Below are positions 32,728 through 41,553 of a DNA stretch of 64,000 nt, piece after piece (within the stretch, counting starts at the first letter, position 1; every line of letters begins with the position of its first letter). Where the stretch lies: NCBI GenBank assembly GCA_963752155.1, contig CAVVXH010000010.1:480001-544000 (forward strand). The letters are read 5' to 3'. The stretch is from an uncultured Parachlamydiaceae bacterium. GTDB taxonomy: Bacteria; Chlamydiota; Chlamydiia; Chlamydiales; Parachlamydiaceae. Made by a program: the position numbers and the translations under genes. The notes under the pieces were generated by a model that worked only from the letters and a program-made list of their open reading frames with translations, was not told the origin of the DNA and searched no databases.

Positions 32728-33452
32728 ATGATGTCATTGTTAAATGTAAGAAATACACCTAAAATCCAAAGTAATATTCTTTTGCAATCAAGAGATTATT
32801 CAAAAAAAATGTTAAAATATCTCAGAAGATATTAAATAAGAATCTAGCTCTCCCACCTAAAGTAAAACGATTGACAAATGTTAAGGACATTACAGATGTT
32901 AAGGAAGTTTCGGATGTTAAGAAGGATATAGATGTTAAGGAAGCTACTGAAACATCCTTGGCATTGGTTAAAAAGAATGAAGATTCACTCCAAGAAGTTA
33001 ATAAAAAAATTTCTTATATGAGGTATTGGAAGAACAAGTGTGAGCCGGAGCCAAATGCAGTTGATTGGGGTTTTGTTTTAGTTCATCAATCTTCTGTAGC
33101 ACTGCCGATTCTTCCTCTTGTATCCTCTCTTGCAGTGGGTCACTTTATTATAGCACCAGTTGCAGCAATCGCATACGCTTTTTTGCTTTATGCTCCTATC
33201 TATTCAAAAGATGAACATCCCTTACAAGTCAGAAAGTATAGAGAATTAAAAGCTGTAGTAGTAAATGCAACTACTGCAATGGCAGATAAATTCGAAAGTG
33301 CAGTTCCGACTATAGAAAAGAAATCTTTAGAAATGAAAGATAAAATTGTAAGCGTGGCATCACCAGTTTTAAAAGGACAAATTATAAAAGCTGAAGAATA
33401 TGTTGCTCATAAATTGTTGAGTCATGCCGATGAATTAAAGAAAAAAAAGTAA
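32728..33452 (+). CDS. Hypothetical protein with a long hydrophobic hairpin (Inc-like); apparent frameshift in the A8 run at 32802-32809
   Basis: AAGGA RBS and ATG at 32728; adding one A joins it to ORF 32871..33452; ~45-aa hydrophobic stretch; TTGCAT..TATGAT promoter upstream. Confidence 0.55.
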
Positions 33453-33483
33453 TAATTCAAGTTTGCTAGGGCTGGAGGGGTAC

Positions 33484-33624
33484 TTTGCATGAATGCTAAA
33501 TGCCCCTCCTTCTCTAAAACAGATGTATCATGCGTTCGTTCCACCATCGATCGTCAAATTAGCCCCAGTGATGTAGGACGCTTCGGGGCCAGCAATAAAT
33601 GCAACAAGTGAAGCCACCTCATCT
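33484..33624. repeat. Inverted repeat C (partner C' at 34476-34616), containing the SDR gene 3' end
   Basis: 141 bp; the coding 97 bp are identical and the 44 non-coding bp carry 4 substitutions. Confidence 0.92.
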
Positions 33625-34268
33625 ACCGTTCCATACCGGTTGAGGGCAGTATACGCTTTTTGGGGAACGGCCCATTCACTGGAAGCAGGGTTCAATTCAG
33701 TGTCAATTGGACCAGGTTGGATGTTATTGACCGTGATGCCTCGAGCTCCAACTTCTCGTGAAAGGCCCTGAGAGAACATCTTGACAGCTCCTTTAGTGGC
33801 CGAATACGATACCAAGCCAGGTGTAAGCAAGCGTTCACCAACGCAGGAACCGATCATGATGATGCGACCGCCTGATTTCATGTGTTTAAGTGCTGCCTGC
33901 GTGGTTACGAATACTCCACGGATATTGATGTCGATCACGCGATCAATTTCTTCGAGCGTTGCTTCTACGAAGGGTTTGGGGAAGCCCGTGCCGGCGTTGT
34001 TCACTAGAATGTCGAGTTGCTTATATGTGTCGACTGTTTTATCGACCGCAGCCTTAACTGCGGCTGCATCGGCAGCATCCGCTTGAATGGCAATGGCCTT
34101 TCCACCGGCATCTTCGATCTCCTTGACAACCTTTGCGGCCGCGTCAGCTCCTTTGGTGTAAGTGATAGCTACTTTTGCGCCGTCTGCTGCGAGTCGTTTT
34201 GCGATGGCGGCGCCAATTCCACGAGAACCACCAGTAACAAGTGCAACTTTGTTGGTTAATGTAGACAT
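33528..34268 (-). CDS. Short-chain dehydrogenase/reductase (FabG-like)
   Basis: TGGSRGIG, LVNNAG, YSATK, NNIQPGPIDT, ITGANLTIDGG; visibly GC-richer than its neighbours. Confidence 0.93.
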   Translation of the reverse strand: MSTLTNKVALVTGGSRGIGAAIAKRLAADGAKVAITYTKGADAAAKVVKEIEDAGGKAIAIQADAADAAAVKAAVDKTVDTYKQLDILVNNAGTGFPKPFVEATLEEIDRVIDINIRGVFVTTQAALKHMKSGGRIIMIGSCVGERLLTPGLVSYSATKGAVKMFSQGLSREVGARGITVNNIQPGPIDTELNPASSEWAVPQKAYTALNRYGTVDEVASLVAFIAGPEASYITGANLTIDGGTNA

Positions 34269-34475
34269 GCTATTTCTCCTTAATAATTTTATTTGATTAA
34301 ATTTTATCTAAATTCATTTAACAAATTTTTTCGCCTTTAAAGAAAGAACTTATATTTGATAAATAAAAGAATATTAATTTATTGTCAAGTTGCTCTTGTA
34401 GAATAAAATGTTTATCAGAGAATTCAGTAGAAAATTTAACAACGATGTCGAAAGTACTTTTGATGATATGTCGAA

Positions 34476-34616
34476 AGATGAGGTGGCTTCACTTGTTGCA
34501 TTTATTGCTGGCCCCGAAGCGTCCTACATCACTGGGGCTAATTTGACGATCGATGGTGGAACGAACGCATGATGCATCTATTTTAGAGGAGGAAGGGCAT
34601 TTAGCATTCATGCAAA
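34476..34616. repeat. Inverted repeat C'
   Basis: Reverse complement of 33484-33624. Confidence 0.92.
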
Positions 34617-34622
34617 AACAAG

Positions 34623-34742
34623 AAAAAAGAGCGCCGACTTTATTTAAAATAGATTTGTAAATTTGCATTTTCATTTCTGACCTCACCTCTAACAGATAAA
34701 AAATATTAGATCAATCTAAACATGATTCTTAAATTACACCAA
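34623..34742. repeat. Inverted repeat B'
   Basis: Reverse complement of 32466-32584. Confidence 0.88.
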
Positions 34743-34920
34743 ATGATAATCGATCTCCAAGCAACGAATATTTAAGATAACTTGACAAAAAAACGATAAT
34801 TTTTTATTTATAAAATAAGATTCTCTTATTCAAAAAAAGAAATCATTCGAACGCCAATCTGACCATCGTTGCCGCAACCTTGTCAGCACGCTTCATGCTT
34901 GAAAATACACGGAGGAACAC

Positions 34921-35493
34921 ATGAAGAAATGGATTGGACCATTATCCGTTTTACTTTTTTCTATCCTTTCTGCAGTGGCCATATTTTTTACCCGCCCAAA
35001 TGACTCCCCTCCAGTTTCTTCTGCCTCTTTTACCGAGGTTGTAGACTATGCTCGAGAACATCTACCTCTAACAGGGCAATTAATGGTACAACCCGGAGGA
35101 TTTGGCTATCTAAAAGTAGATGATAACTATATACGCACTCTTTTCCCAAAGCTCGGGCTTCAAAAAGAAGGATTTAGACCTCCTCCTTACTTTCGTACTA
35201 AGGAATCCCCAGGGGCTCACATCAGCGTATTTTATGAGAATGAACATGTAAAGCCGGAGGAAAAAGGTCAGTTCTTTCATTTTCAATTAAAAAAAATAGC
35301 CATTATCCATACATCTAAAGCCACTAGCTACGCTATTTTAGAGGTAGAATCCCCTGAATTAGAAAAACTCAGAGAAAAATATGGCTTGAGTCCCAAGCTA
35401 CAAGGGCATGATTTTCATATATCATTAGCAAAAAAGAGTGTCCCTAAACCTCACTTTGAGCACAAACAACCTTATCAACACAAACATAAATGA
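34921..35493 (+). CDS. Membrane-anchored or exported 2H phosphoesterase-like protein
   Basis: Two HxS motifs (AHISV, FHISL) and an N-terminal TM/signal segment. Confidence 0.6.
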   Translation: MKKWIGPLSVLLFSILSAVAIFFTRPNDSPPVSSASFTEVVDYAREHLPLTGQLMVQPGGFGYLKVDDNYIRTLFPKLGLQKEGFRPPPYFRTKESPGAHISVFYENEHVKPEEKGQFFHFQLKKIAIIHTSKATSYAILEVESPELEKLREKYGLSPKLQGHDFHISLAKKSVPKPHFEHKQPYQHKHK

Positions 35494-35669
35494 CAAATTT
35501 ATCTCGACTTGCTACAATTGTAATTCCAAGTGCAAACGTTTTAAAATAGTGGAATAGAAATGAATATTTCAAAATTCTTTCATGCTTCGATCCGGCTGAT
35601 CACATTGTGCTCAACCGTAACACTGCTTTCCGGGTGTGCTCATCAAATTTCATCGGACATTTATTCGGA
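35371..35669. repeat. Inverted repeat A'
   Basis: Reverse complement of 29800-30097; holds the 3' end of the 2H gene and the 5' end of the lipoprotein gene. Confidence 0.92.
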
Positions 35670-35691
35670 TGTAGTGCAAGGGCATTATTAG
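35560..35691 (+). pseudogene. Truncated duplicate of the glycine-zipper lipoprotein (43 aa, lipobox intact)
   Basis: MNISKFFHASIRLITLCSTVTLLSGCAHQISSDIYS then DVVQGHY*. Confidence 0.75.
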
Positions 35692-35707
35692 ATTATGAGG
35701 TAAACGC

Positions 35708-36697
35708 ATGCGTGCAATGGTATTAGAGAAAGTCGGTTCTCCTCTTATTTTGAGGGATGTTCCTTGTCCAAGCCCAAGACCATTTGAAGTATTAATTAAG
35801 ACACATGCTTGTGGTGTGTGTCGTACCGACTTGCATATCGTCGACGGAGAACTTCCACAGCCCAAATTACCTTTGATTTTAGGACATCAAATTGTTGGAG
35901 TTGTCGCTAAATTAGGAGAAAAAGTCACAAAATTTCAAGTTGGAGATCGCATTGGGGTCCCATGGCTTGGAGGAACTTGCCATCATTGCGAATTTTGCAA
36001 GTCAGAACGAGAGAACTTATGCGACAATGCTGTGTATACTGGTTATCAGCTTGATGGAGGATTTGCAGACTATTGCACGGCTCATGAGGACTATGTTTTG
36101 CAATTATCTCTGGATTATGATGATCTTCATGTAGCACCATTGCTTTGTGCGGGACTCATTGGCTATAGAGCTTTTCGGCTGGCGGGGGTTGCTAAGAAAA
36201 TTGGATTTTATGGATTTGGTTCATCTGCTCATCTGTTAATCCAGGTGGCAAATGCATTAGGAACCGAAGTCTATGTCTTTACGCGACCTCAGGACAAAGA
36301 AACTCAGAAATTTGCTCTTTCCCTCGGAGCTAAATGGGCAGGTGGGTCGGATCAACTTCCGCCTGTTGCACTTGATGCAGCAATCATTTTTGCTCCAGTA
36401 GGACCACTTTATGTAGAAGCGCTTAAGGCAATAAAGAAAGGAGGGAAGGTGATTAGTGCTGGCATCCATATGAGTGACATTCCTTCCTTTCCTTATGGAT
36501 TGCTTTGGGGAGAGCGTTCGATGTCTTCTGTTGCGAACTTAACACGAAAAGATGGAATTGACTTCATAGAGCTCGTAAAAAAATTAAAGCTTCGAATTTC
36601 AGTGACCCCTTTTTCGTTAGAAGATGCAAATATGGCACTTGCAGCTATACGCAATGGGACAGCGGAAGGTTCAGTAGTCTTAAATTTAAAAAATTAG
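35708..36697 (+). CDS. Zinc-dependent alcohol dehydrogenase (AdhP-like)
   Basis: CGVCRTDLH, GHQIVG, CHHCEFC..ENLC, APLLCAGLIG, GFYGFG. Confidence 0.93.
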   Translation: MRAMVLEKVGSPLILRDVPCPSPRPFEVLIKTHACGVCRTDLHIVDGELPQPKLPLILGHQIVGVVAKLGEKVTKFQVGDRIGVPWLGGTCHHCEFCKSERENLCDNAVYTGYQLDGGFADYCTAHEDYVLQLSLDYDDLHVAPLLCAGLIGYRAFRLAGVAKKIGFYGFGSSAHLLIQVANALGTEVYVFTRPQDKETQKFALSLGAKWAGGSDQLPPVALDAAIIFAPVGPLYVEALKAIKKGGKVISAGIHMSDIPSFPYGLLWGERSMSSVANLTRKDGIDFIELVKKLKLRISVTPFSLEDANMALAAIRNGTAEGSVVLNLKN

Positions 36698-36749
36698 AAA
36701 CTTTTAAATTTTTTTTCTAATTTTAATTATTCAGGATCGAATTTTTCCT

Positions 36750-39098
36750 CTAATTTTTAAGATTTTGTTCAAAAATTTTCTTAATGACATCTCTATGAAC
36801 TAATGAATTTTTGAGTTCCTCGTTTTCGAGATCTTGAGCGAGGTAAAAACGTATACTTTGGAGCAAATCATGTGTTTTCCAAATGATCTTTGATGCATGA
36901 TGCATTTGTTCATAGTTAATAATTTCTTCTTCATTTTCAAGTTTTATAGTCGTTGGGGTGGGTCCTATTTCTCGAATGATAAAATTTTTATAACAACCTA
37001 TATGTGGAATAACATATTTTTCTTTACGCTGGCATTTATTAATTTTATGAACTAAAGGAGCTATCACACCCGTACTTGGAAAAAGTTCAGAAAGAGAATC
37101 AAAATTTTTTAATATGTCAGCAATTTTACGATCTTTTTCTTTTTTTCGAAGCCAACCTTCCTTAAATTTTGATTTTAATTTTAATATTTGAGGACGGATT
37201 GGATCTGAATTTAATTTATGATAAATTGGACAAGAGGTGAGGAAATCATTTTGTTCTTTAAGTTCGTGTGCAAGTGAAATGAAGAGAAGAATAAGATTAT
37301 TGCATACTTTATCTTCTTTCGAGAAGGAAGAGGATTTTGTTTCTTTTGGTCGCAATGAACCTTCTCCTTTAGAACGATATCGACGAGGGGGTGGAGATTT
37401 ATCAGGAGAGCTTGAGACGCGACGAAGATTACGGGCCTTACTCGATCCTTTTTCTATTGAAGGGTTACTATGTGCAGTTAAAGCAGGTATAAAAGATTTT
37501 GAAGCTTCAGAACCATTTCGATTTGAGATAGCGAATTGTTGGGTCTTTTCTGTAGTCATTTGCGAATCAGATGGTACCGCTTGCAATTTATCTAATTCCT
37601 TTTCCTTGGGAGAAAGTTCTGGTGAAGTCGAAAGTGGGGAAGCAGAATTCGGAGAAGGAGAGTGCGGGGAAGCTGAGTGTGGAGAGGGAGAATGTGGTGA
37701 AGATGAGTGTGGGGAAGCTGAATGGATCGAGGCATGCTTACGTGCAGCATCTTTAAGATTAGAAATATCTTTATTGAGACTTCGAGAATTTCGTTCAATA
37801 GAAGATTGGGTTGAGGGAGATTCTGACTCAATAAAGGATATAGGAGAATCTCTCTTTGATGAGTCTGAAGGATCCTTTGAGAAGCTTTCTTTGAACCTTA
37901 GATAGGTGTTCATAATATATTCTCCGACTTTGTCAGAAAAATTCCCCACATCCTTTAGAGAAGGGATATATTTATCATCTAATAGGAAATAAGGTGAAAG
38001 CTCTGCAGCGTAGTAAGCAGAATAAGTTTTTATTTTTGGAACAGCTGCTTTAATGAATAGTTGAAATTCATCGCATTCGATTCCATATTCTGCAATTCTA
38101 TTTAGTAATTGGTCTGTGCTAAGGCACTCATTTTGATTATCGAACTGAATGATAGAGGTAAATGAAGGCTCAGTTGAAGTTTTAAAAAGCATTTGTATTT
38201 CATTAAAAAACCTAACGAATTCTTTATTGTTTAGATTTGCACAACTTATTTTGAGCTCAGCCAGAGCAGAATGAACCTCTTTGAGATTTTTATCTTTCTG
38301 ATGTAGATTGCTTTCGCACCAGGTACGAAAAAAATGTAAAATTCTTAATATTTGTTGAGGATTTCCTTTTTGTTTTAAAGTTAAAGCTCCTAGTTTGAAG
38401 AGAGTAGAAGTGGAAATTTGTCTTATATAACTAGAAAGTAATGTCAATTGAGGGAGCATATGATATTTATGAACAGTAGTATTGGTAACATGGCGAATCG
38501 GGAAAATATTCTGCAAAAATGTGTAGAAAAGCATCTCATTTTCAGTTTTAATTTTGCCTTTATCTTCTTGGGAGAGGGGATCGAAGAAACTTGAGTCAGG
38601 ATTAGATTTGACTCGTGATTGCTCAGCGAGCATCATTTTGTTTTCATTCCAGCAGGGATCTTTTTTTAGTTGTCTTTTTAATTGTTTATCAAGAGACTTT
38701 GAAGTAAAGGAGATGGCATTTTCGAATTTGTTTTTTAGTTTAGTTTCTAGTTCTAATAAGGAAGAAAGACAACCTTCTTCATCAAGGAAGTAACAAATTT
38801 TTAAATCTCTGGACTTGACAAATAATGAGTAGATGTAATCTTTAATATCGACTTGAGTAGCCGGAGTCGATTGAGTACCGTCATTTTTTAACATCGGACT
38901 TTTCAAAACAAAAAATTTATTTTCAATATGAATTTCGTGATGGGGATTTTTTTCTAATTGTTGGAAAGCTTTATAAACACTTACAAGTCTTTTCTTTATT
39001 TTAATTCGTTTGGACGCAACATAGCTTTCTTCTTCAGTCAGAGGAGTTAAGATGAAAAGATCTTGATTTGTAAGGGTATTAACTTGTTCTGAAAACAT
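36750..39098 (-). CDS. Hypothetical Ser/Pro-rich protein (putative effector)
   Basis: 782-aa ORF with a central low-complexity segment containing HS(A/S/P)SP repeats. Confidence 0.6.
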   Translation of the reverse strand: MFSEQVNTLTNQDLFILTPLTEEESYVASKRIKIKKRLVSVYKAFQQLEKNPHHEIHIENKFFVLKSPMLKNDGTQSTPATQVDIKDYIYSLFVKSRDLKICYFLDEEGCLSSLLELETKLKNKFENAISFTSKSLDKQLKRQLKKDPCWNENKMMLAEQSRVKSNPDSSFFDPLSQEDKGKIKTENEMLFYTFLQNIFPIRHVTNTTVHKYHMLPQLTLLSSYIRQISTSTLFKLGALTLKQKGNPQQILRILHFFRTWCESNLHQKDKNLKEVHSALAELKISCANLNNKEFVRFFNEIQMLFKTSTEPSFTSIIQFDNQNECLSTDQLLNRIAEYGIECDEFQLFIKAAVPKIKTYSAYYAAELSPYFLLDDKYIPSLKDVGNFSDKVGEYIMNTYLRFKESFSKDPSDSSKRDSPISFIESESPSTQSSIERNSRSLNKDISNLKDAARKHASIHSASPHSSSPHSPSPHSASPHSPSPNSASPLSTSPELSPKEKELDKLQAVPSDSQMTTEKTQQFAISNRNGSEASKSFIPALTAHSNPSIEKGSSKARNLRRVSSSPDKSPPPRRYRSKGEGSLRPKETKSSSFSKEDKVCNNLILLFISLAHELKEQNDFLTSCPIYHKLNSDPIRPQILKLKSKFKEGWLRKKEKDRKIADILKNFDSLSELFPSTGVIAPLVHKINKCQRKEKYVIPHIGCYKNFIIREIGPTPTTIKLENEEEIINYEQMHHASKIIWKTHDLLQSIRFYLAQDLENEELKNSLVHRDVIKKIFEQNLKN

Positions 39099-39198
39099 AT
39101 TAATCTCTTTATTTTATACTAGGTGAACAAATGTAGAGGACATAATGTCCTCTTAATTTGAACATAGTTGAAAATAAACTTATATGTCAATTAATTTT

Positions 39199-40458
39199 CT
39201 AAAACATATGACCCCAAGAAAATCCAAGGATTTGGTTTAAAGTTCTTGTGTTTATCCTTCCACCACCTACTGCGATGGGTAAATTTCCATGAAGATGTAA
39301 GTTTATGGATTGCATATACACAAAAGTGAACTCATTGCAGTCACGAGACCAAGTAAAGCCCCCGCTGATGTACTCTGAGGGAAAGTTGGTGACAGCATTC
39401 ACATTGTTATAAAGTTGGGAATTTGCAAATACATTTGTTTGATACTGATAGCCGCCTCTAAAGATTAAAGTTTCGTTAAATTGGTACGCTAGTCCCACTT
39501 TATATCTATTTTCATCGTGCCACCCTTGGCCCGATCCATGAGTCGTTCCTAGCAATTCCTCAAAAGTGAGAGGATTTGAAAAAGCTCGCAGAGGTTTCCA
39601 AAAGTTTCTTTGAAAATCGAACGCAAGAGTGAGGTTATAGGGAAGTTCATAGCTAAAACCTACATTAAGCACATAAGGCCCATTGGCTCTACCATGTTCT
39701 GGGATGAGTCCTCGATATTTTTTAAATTTTTGATTGTAAATTTGCGTCTCAAACGCAATGCCCAATTTAAGTTTTTCAAAAAATTGTCCGATATATCCGA
39801 CATGAAATCCTATTCCTCCTTTATAATCGTACCCTTTATTTGTAACATGGTTTGGGGATGAGCTGATCGCTTTTAAATTTTCAGCTCCGTTGTGTTTGAA
39901 TTGGGAGATAGAGAGATTAACGCCTACTCCAATGGCATGATTTTCGTTAATTCTCCAGCTAGCACAAGGTTTCACAATCAGTTGCATAAAACTCAACTTA
40001 AACTTGCTTGTCCCATAGATGGGAATGGATCGTCCATAGTTCACAGCTGCGCCGCGGCCAAAAGTACAGACCCCTAAAGCAAAACAAGAGTAATCCTTCT
40101 TTATTCCTACTACGGGAACATATAGGCTTGGAGAGCTATTATAGGAATTGTCGTGAACTAATAGAGTTTTATGCTCATGACACTTTTGTTCGTGGAAGAC
40201 GAATGGGTTGCCATGAATTCTGACATCATCATCCGGTCTAACATAGGTTAAGTCTAAATCATATCTGTCATTGAGAAAAGCTATTCCCGCAGGATTCGTA
40301 GCCATTACAAATGTATCTAGAGGATAAGCGACTGCAACTCCTCCCATCGCTTGGGATTTTGCCCCATTTCCTGGGAGTGGTACGATAGCTGATGCCTCAA
40401 ATGAAGCAAATAAGCAGAAGAGTGCATTCAGTTTATAATATTTTTTTAATAAGTTCAT
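39199..40458 (-). CDS. Long-chain fatty acid outer-membrane transporter (FadL/OmpP1/TodX family)
   Basis: Signal peptide, GAKSQAMGGVAVAYP..ATNPAG hatch motif, C-terminal F; ATG 40458 preferred. Confidence 0.82.
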   Translation of the reverse strand: MNLLKKYYKLNALFCLFASFEASAIVPLPGNGAKSQAMGGVAVAYPLDTFVMATNPAGIAFLNDRYDLDLTYVRPDDDVRIHGNPFVFHEQKCHEHKTLLVHDNSYNSSPSLYVPVVGIKKDYSCFALGVCTFGRGAAVNYGRSIPIYGTSKFKLSFMQLIVKPCASWRINENHAIGVGVNLSISQFKHNGAENLKAISSSPNHVTNKGYDYKGGIGFHVGYIGQFFEKLKLGIAFETQIYNQKFKKYRGLIPEHGRANGPYVLNVGFSYELPYNLTLAFDFQRNFWKPLRAFSNPLTFEELLGTTHGSGQGWHDENRYKVGLAYQFNETLIFRGGYQYQTNVFANSQLYNNVNAVTNFPSEYISGGFTWSRDCNEFTFVYMQSINLHLHGNLPIAVGGGRINTRTLNQILGFSWGHMF

Positions 40459-41542
40459 TGTTGCTCCATAAATCGCCTTGGATAATCGTATAGAGAGGCC
40501 ATCCAATGAGCTTCTGTTCGGCAGCTTTGCCATTTTGAAGTTTTTGGATCGCTTCTTCTCTTTCCAAATCGACTATTACACAATCTGGAGTTTTGTCCAA
40601 CTCCAAAATTGCTTGAGCATTAAAACTTGTAAGCTGGGTAAGATGTTGTACTGAAAGTTTATTCTCCCAAATAGCATTTAACAGCATAGGTAATAAAAAA
40701 TAAGGATTAAAAAAAGAGTATTCTTTTTCTTTGAATATTATTTTATCTTCGGTCATTTCTGTATTATTGAAACCGCTTCCGATGGTTTCAATGATCCCAT
40801 TATTTAAGGCTTCCCAGAGGCTGTCTGCATCTGAAAGATGATCTGGGAACAAATGTCGGGGGTTGGTTTCGGCATAGATAAGCAAAGATTTTTCTCTTCC
40901 TTCTTGGATTAAATTAATTTCTTTGTCGTTAGAGACGTTTAGAACATAGAGTCGGTTGCTCCATTTTTCTGTTAATTTGATCGCTCTTTCAATCAAAGAG
41001 AGCCTAAAACCCTTTCCGTGTGTTTTTTCTAGATCCTCGTCACAAGAGTTCAAGACAATCGGAATATCTTCTTGAGCTGCCAATCGAAACAAGTTCTCCC
41101 AACCTTTTTCAGATGAGTCTGCATTATGTTTTTCTAAGTTAATCACAACACCTTTGATTAAGGTTTTTTTAAAAGCGAGGACATCGAGCTCATCTTCCTG
41201 TTCATCTGAATAGGTAAGGTACCGAGAGTAATGGGGAGGAATGTTAAGTTTACTGAGTTTGTCATTCACTCTCAGACTTCTTTCTTCTAACCTCTCTTTA
41301 GTCGTTGGATAGGAGTGTTCATATGGGATATCGATCCATGAGGTGATTCCTCCTTTTATGGCCGATTCCATCACGTTATTCCAGTTCATAGATTCTAAGG
41401 GTCCCAAGCAGAGATGTGGGTCAATGATTCCAGGCAATAGCAATAAACGATTTTCACCATCAATTTCTGTGTATTTATCTGAAGGAATGGTATGAGTAAT
41501 GATTTCTCCGGATAAAGTTTTAATATTCTTTATTATAATCAT
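40433..41542 (-). CDS. Dihydroorotase/amidohydrolase-fold protein with degenerate metal ligands
   Basis: LLLPGIIDPH, SAIKGGITSWIDIP, YAETNPRHLF, LWEALNNGIIETIGS, GWPLYTII. Confidence 0.7.
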   Translation of the reverse strand: MIIIKNIKTLSGEIITHTIPSDKYTEIDGENRLLLLPGIIDPHLCLGPLESMNWNNVMESAIKGGITSWIDIPYEHSYPTTKERLEERSLRVNDKLSKLNIPPHYSRYLTYSDEQEDELDVLAFKKTLIKGVVINLEKHNADSSEKGWENLFRLAAQEDIPIVLNSCDEDLEKTHGKGFRLSLIERAIKLTEKWSNRLYVLNVSNDKEINLIQEGREKSLLIYAETNPRHLFPDHLSDADSLWEALNNGIIETIGSGFNNTEMTEDKIIFKEKEYSFFNPYFLLPMLLNAIWENKLSVQHLTQLTSFNAQAILELDKTPDCVIVDLEREEAIQKLQNGKAAEQKLIGWPLYTIIQGDLWSNNELIKKIL

Positions 41543-41553
41543 GGAGCCTCATT

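Noticed and set aside
37237..37905. 222-aa + strand ORF with GECGE repeats
   Set aside because: It is the antisense shadow of the Ser/Pro repeat region of the 782-aa gene.
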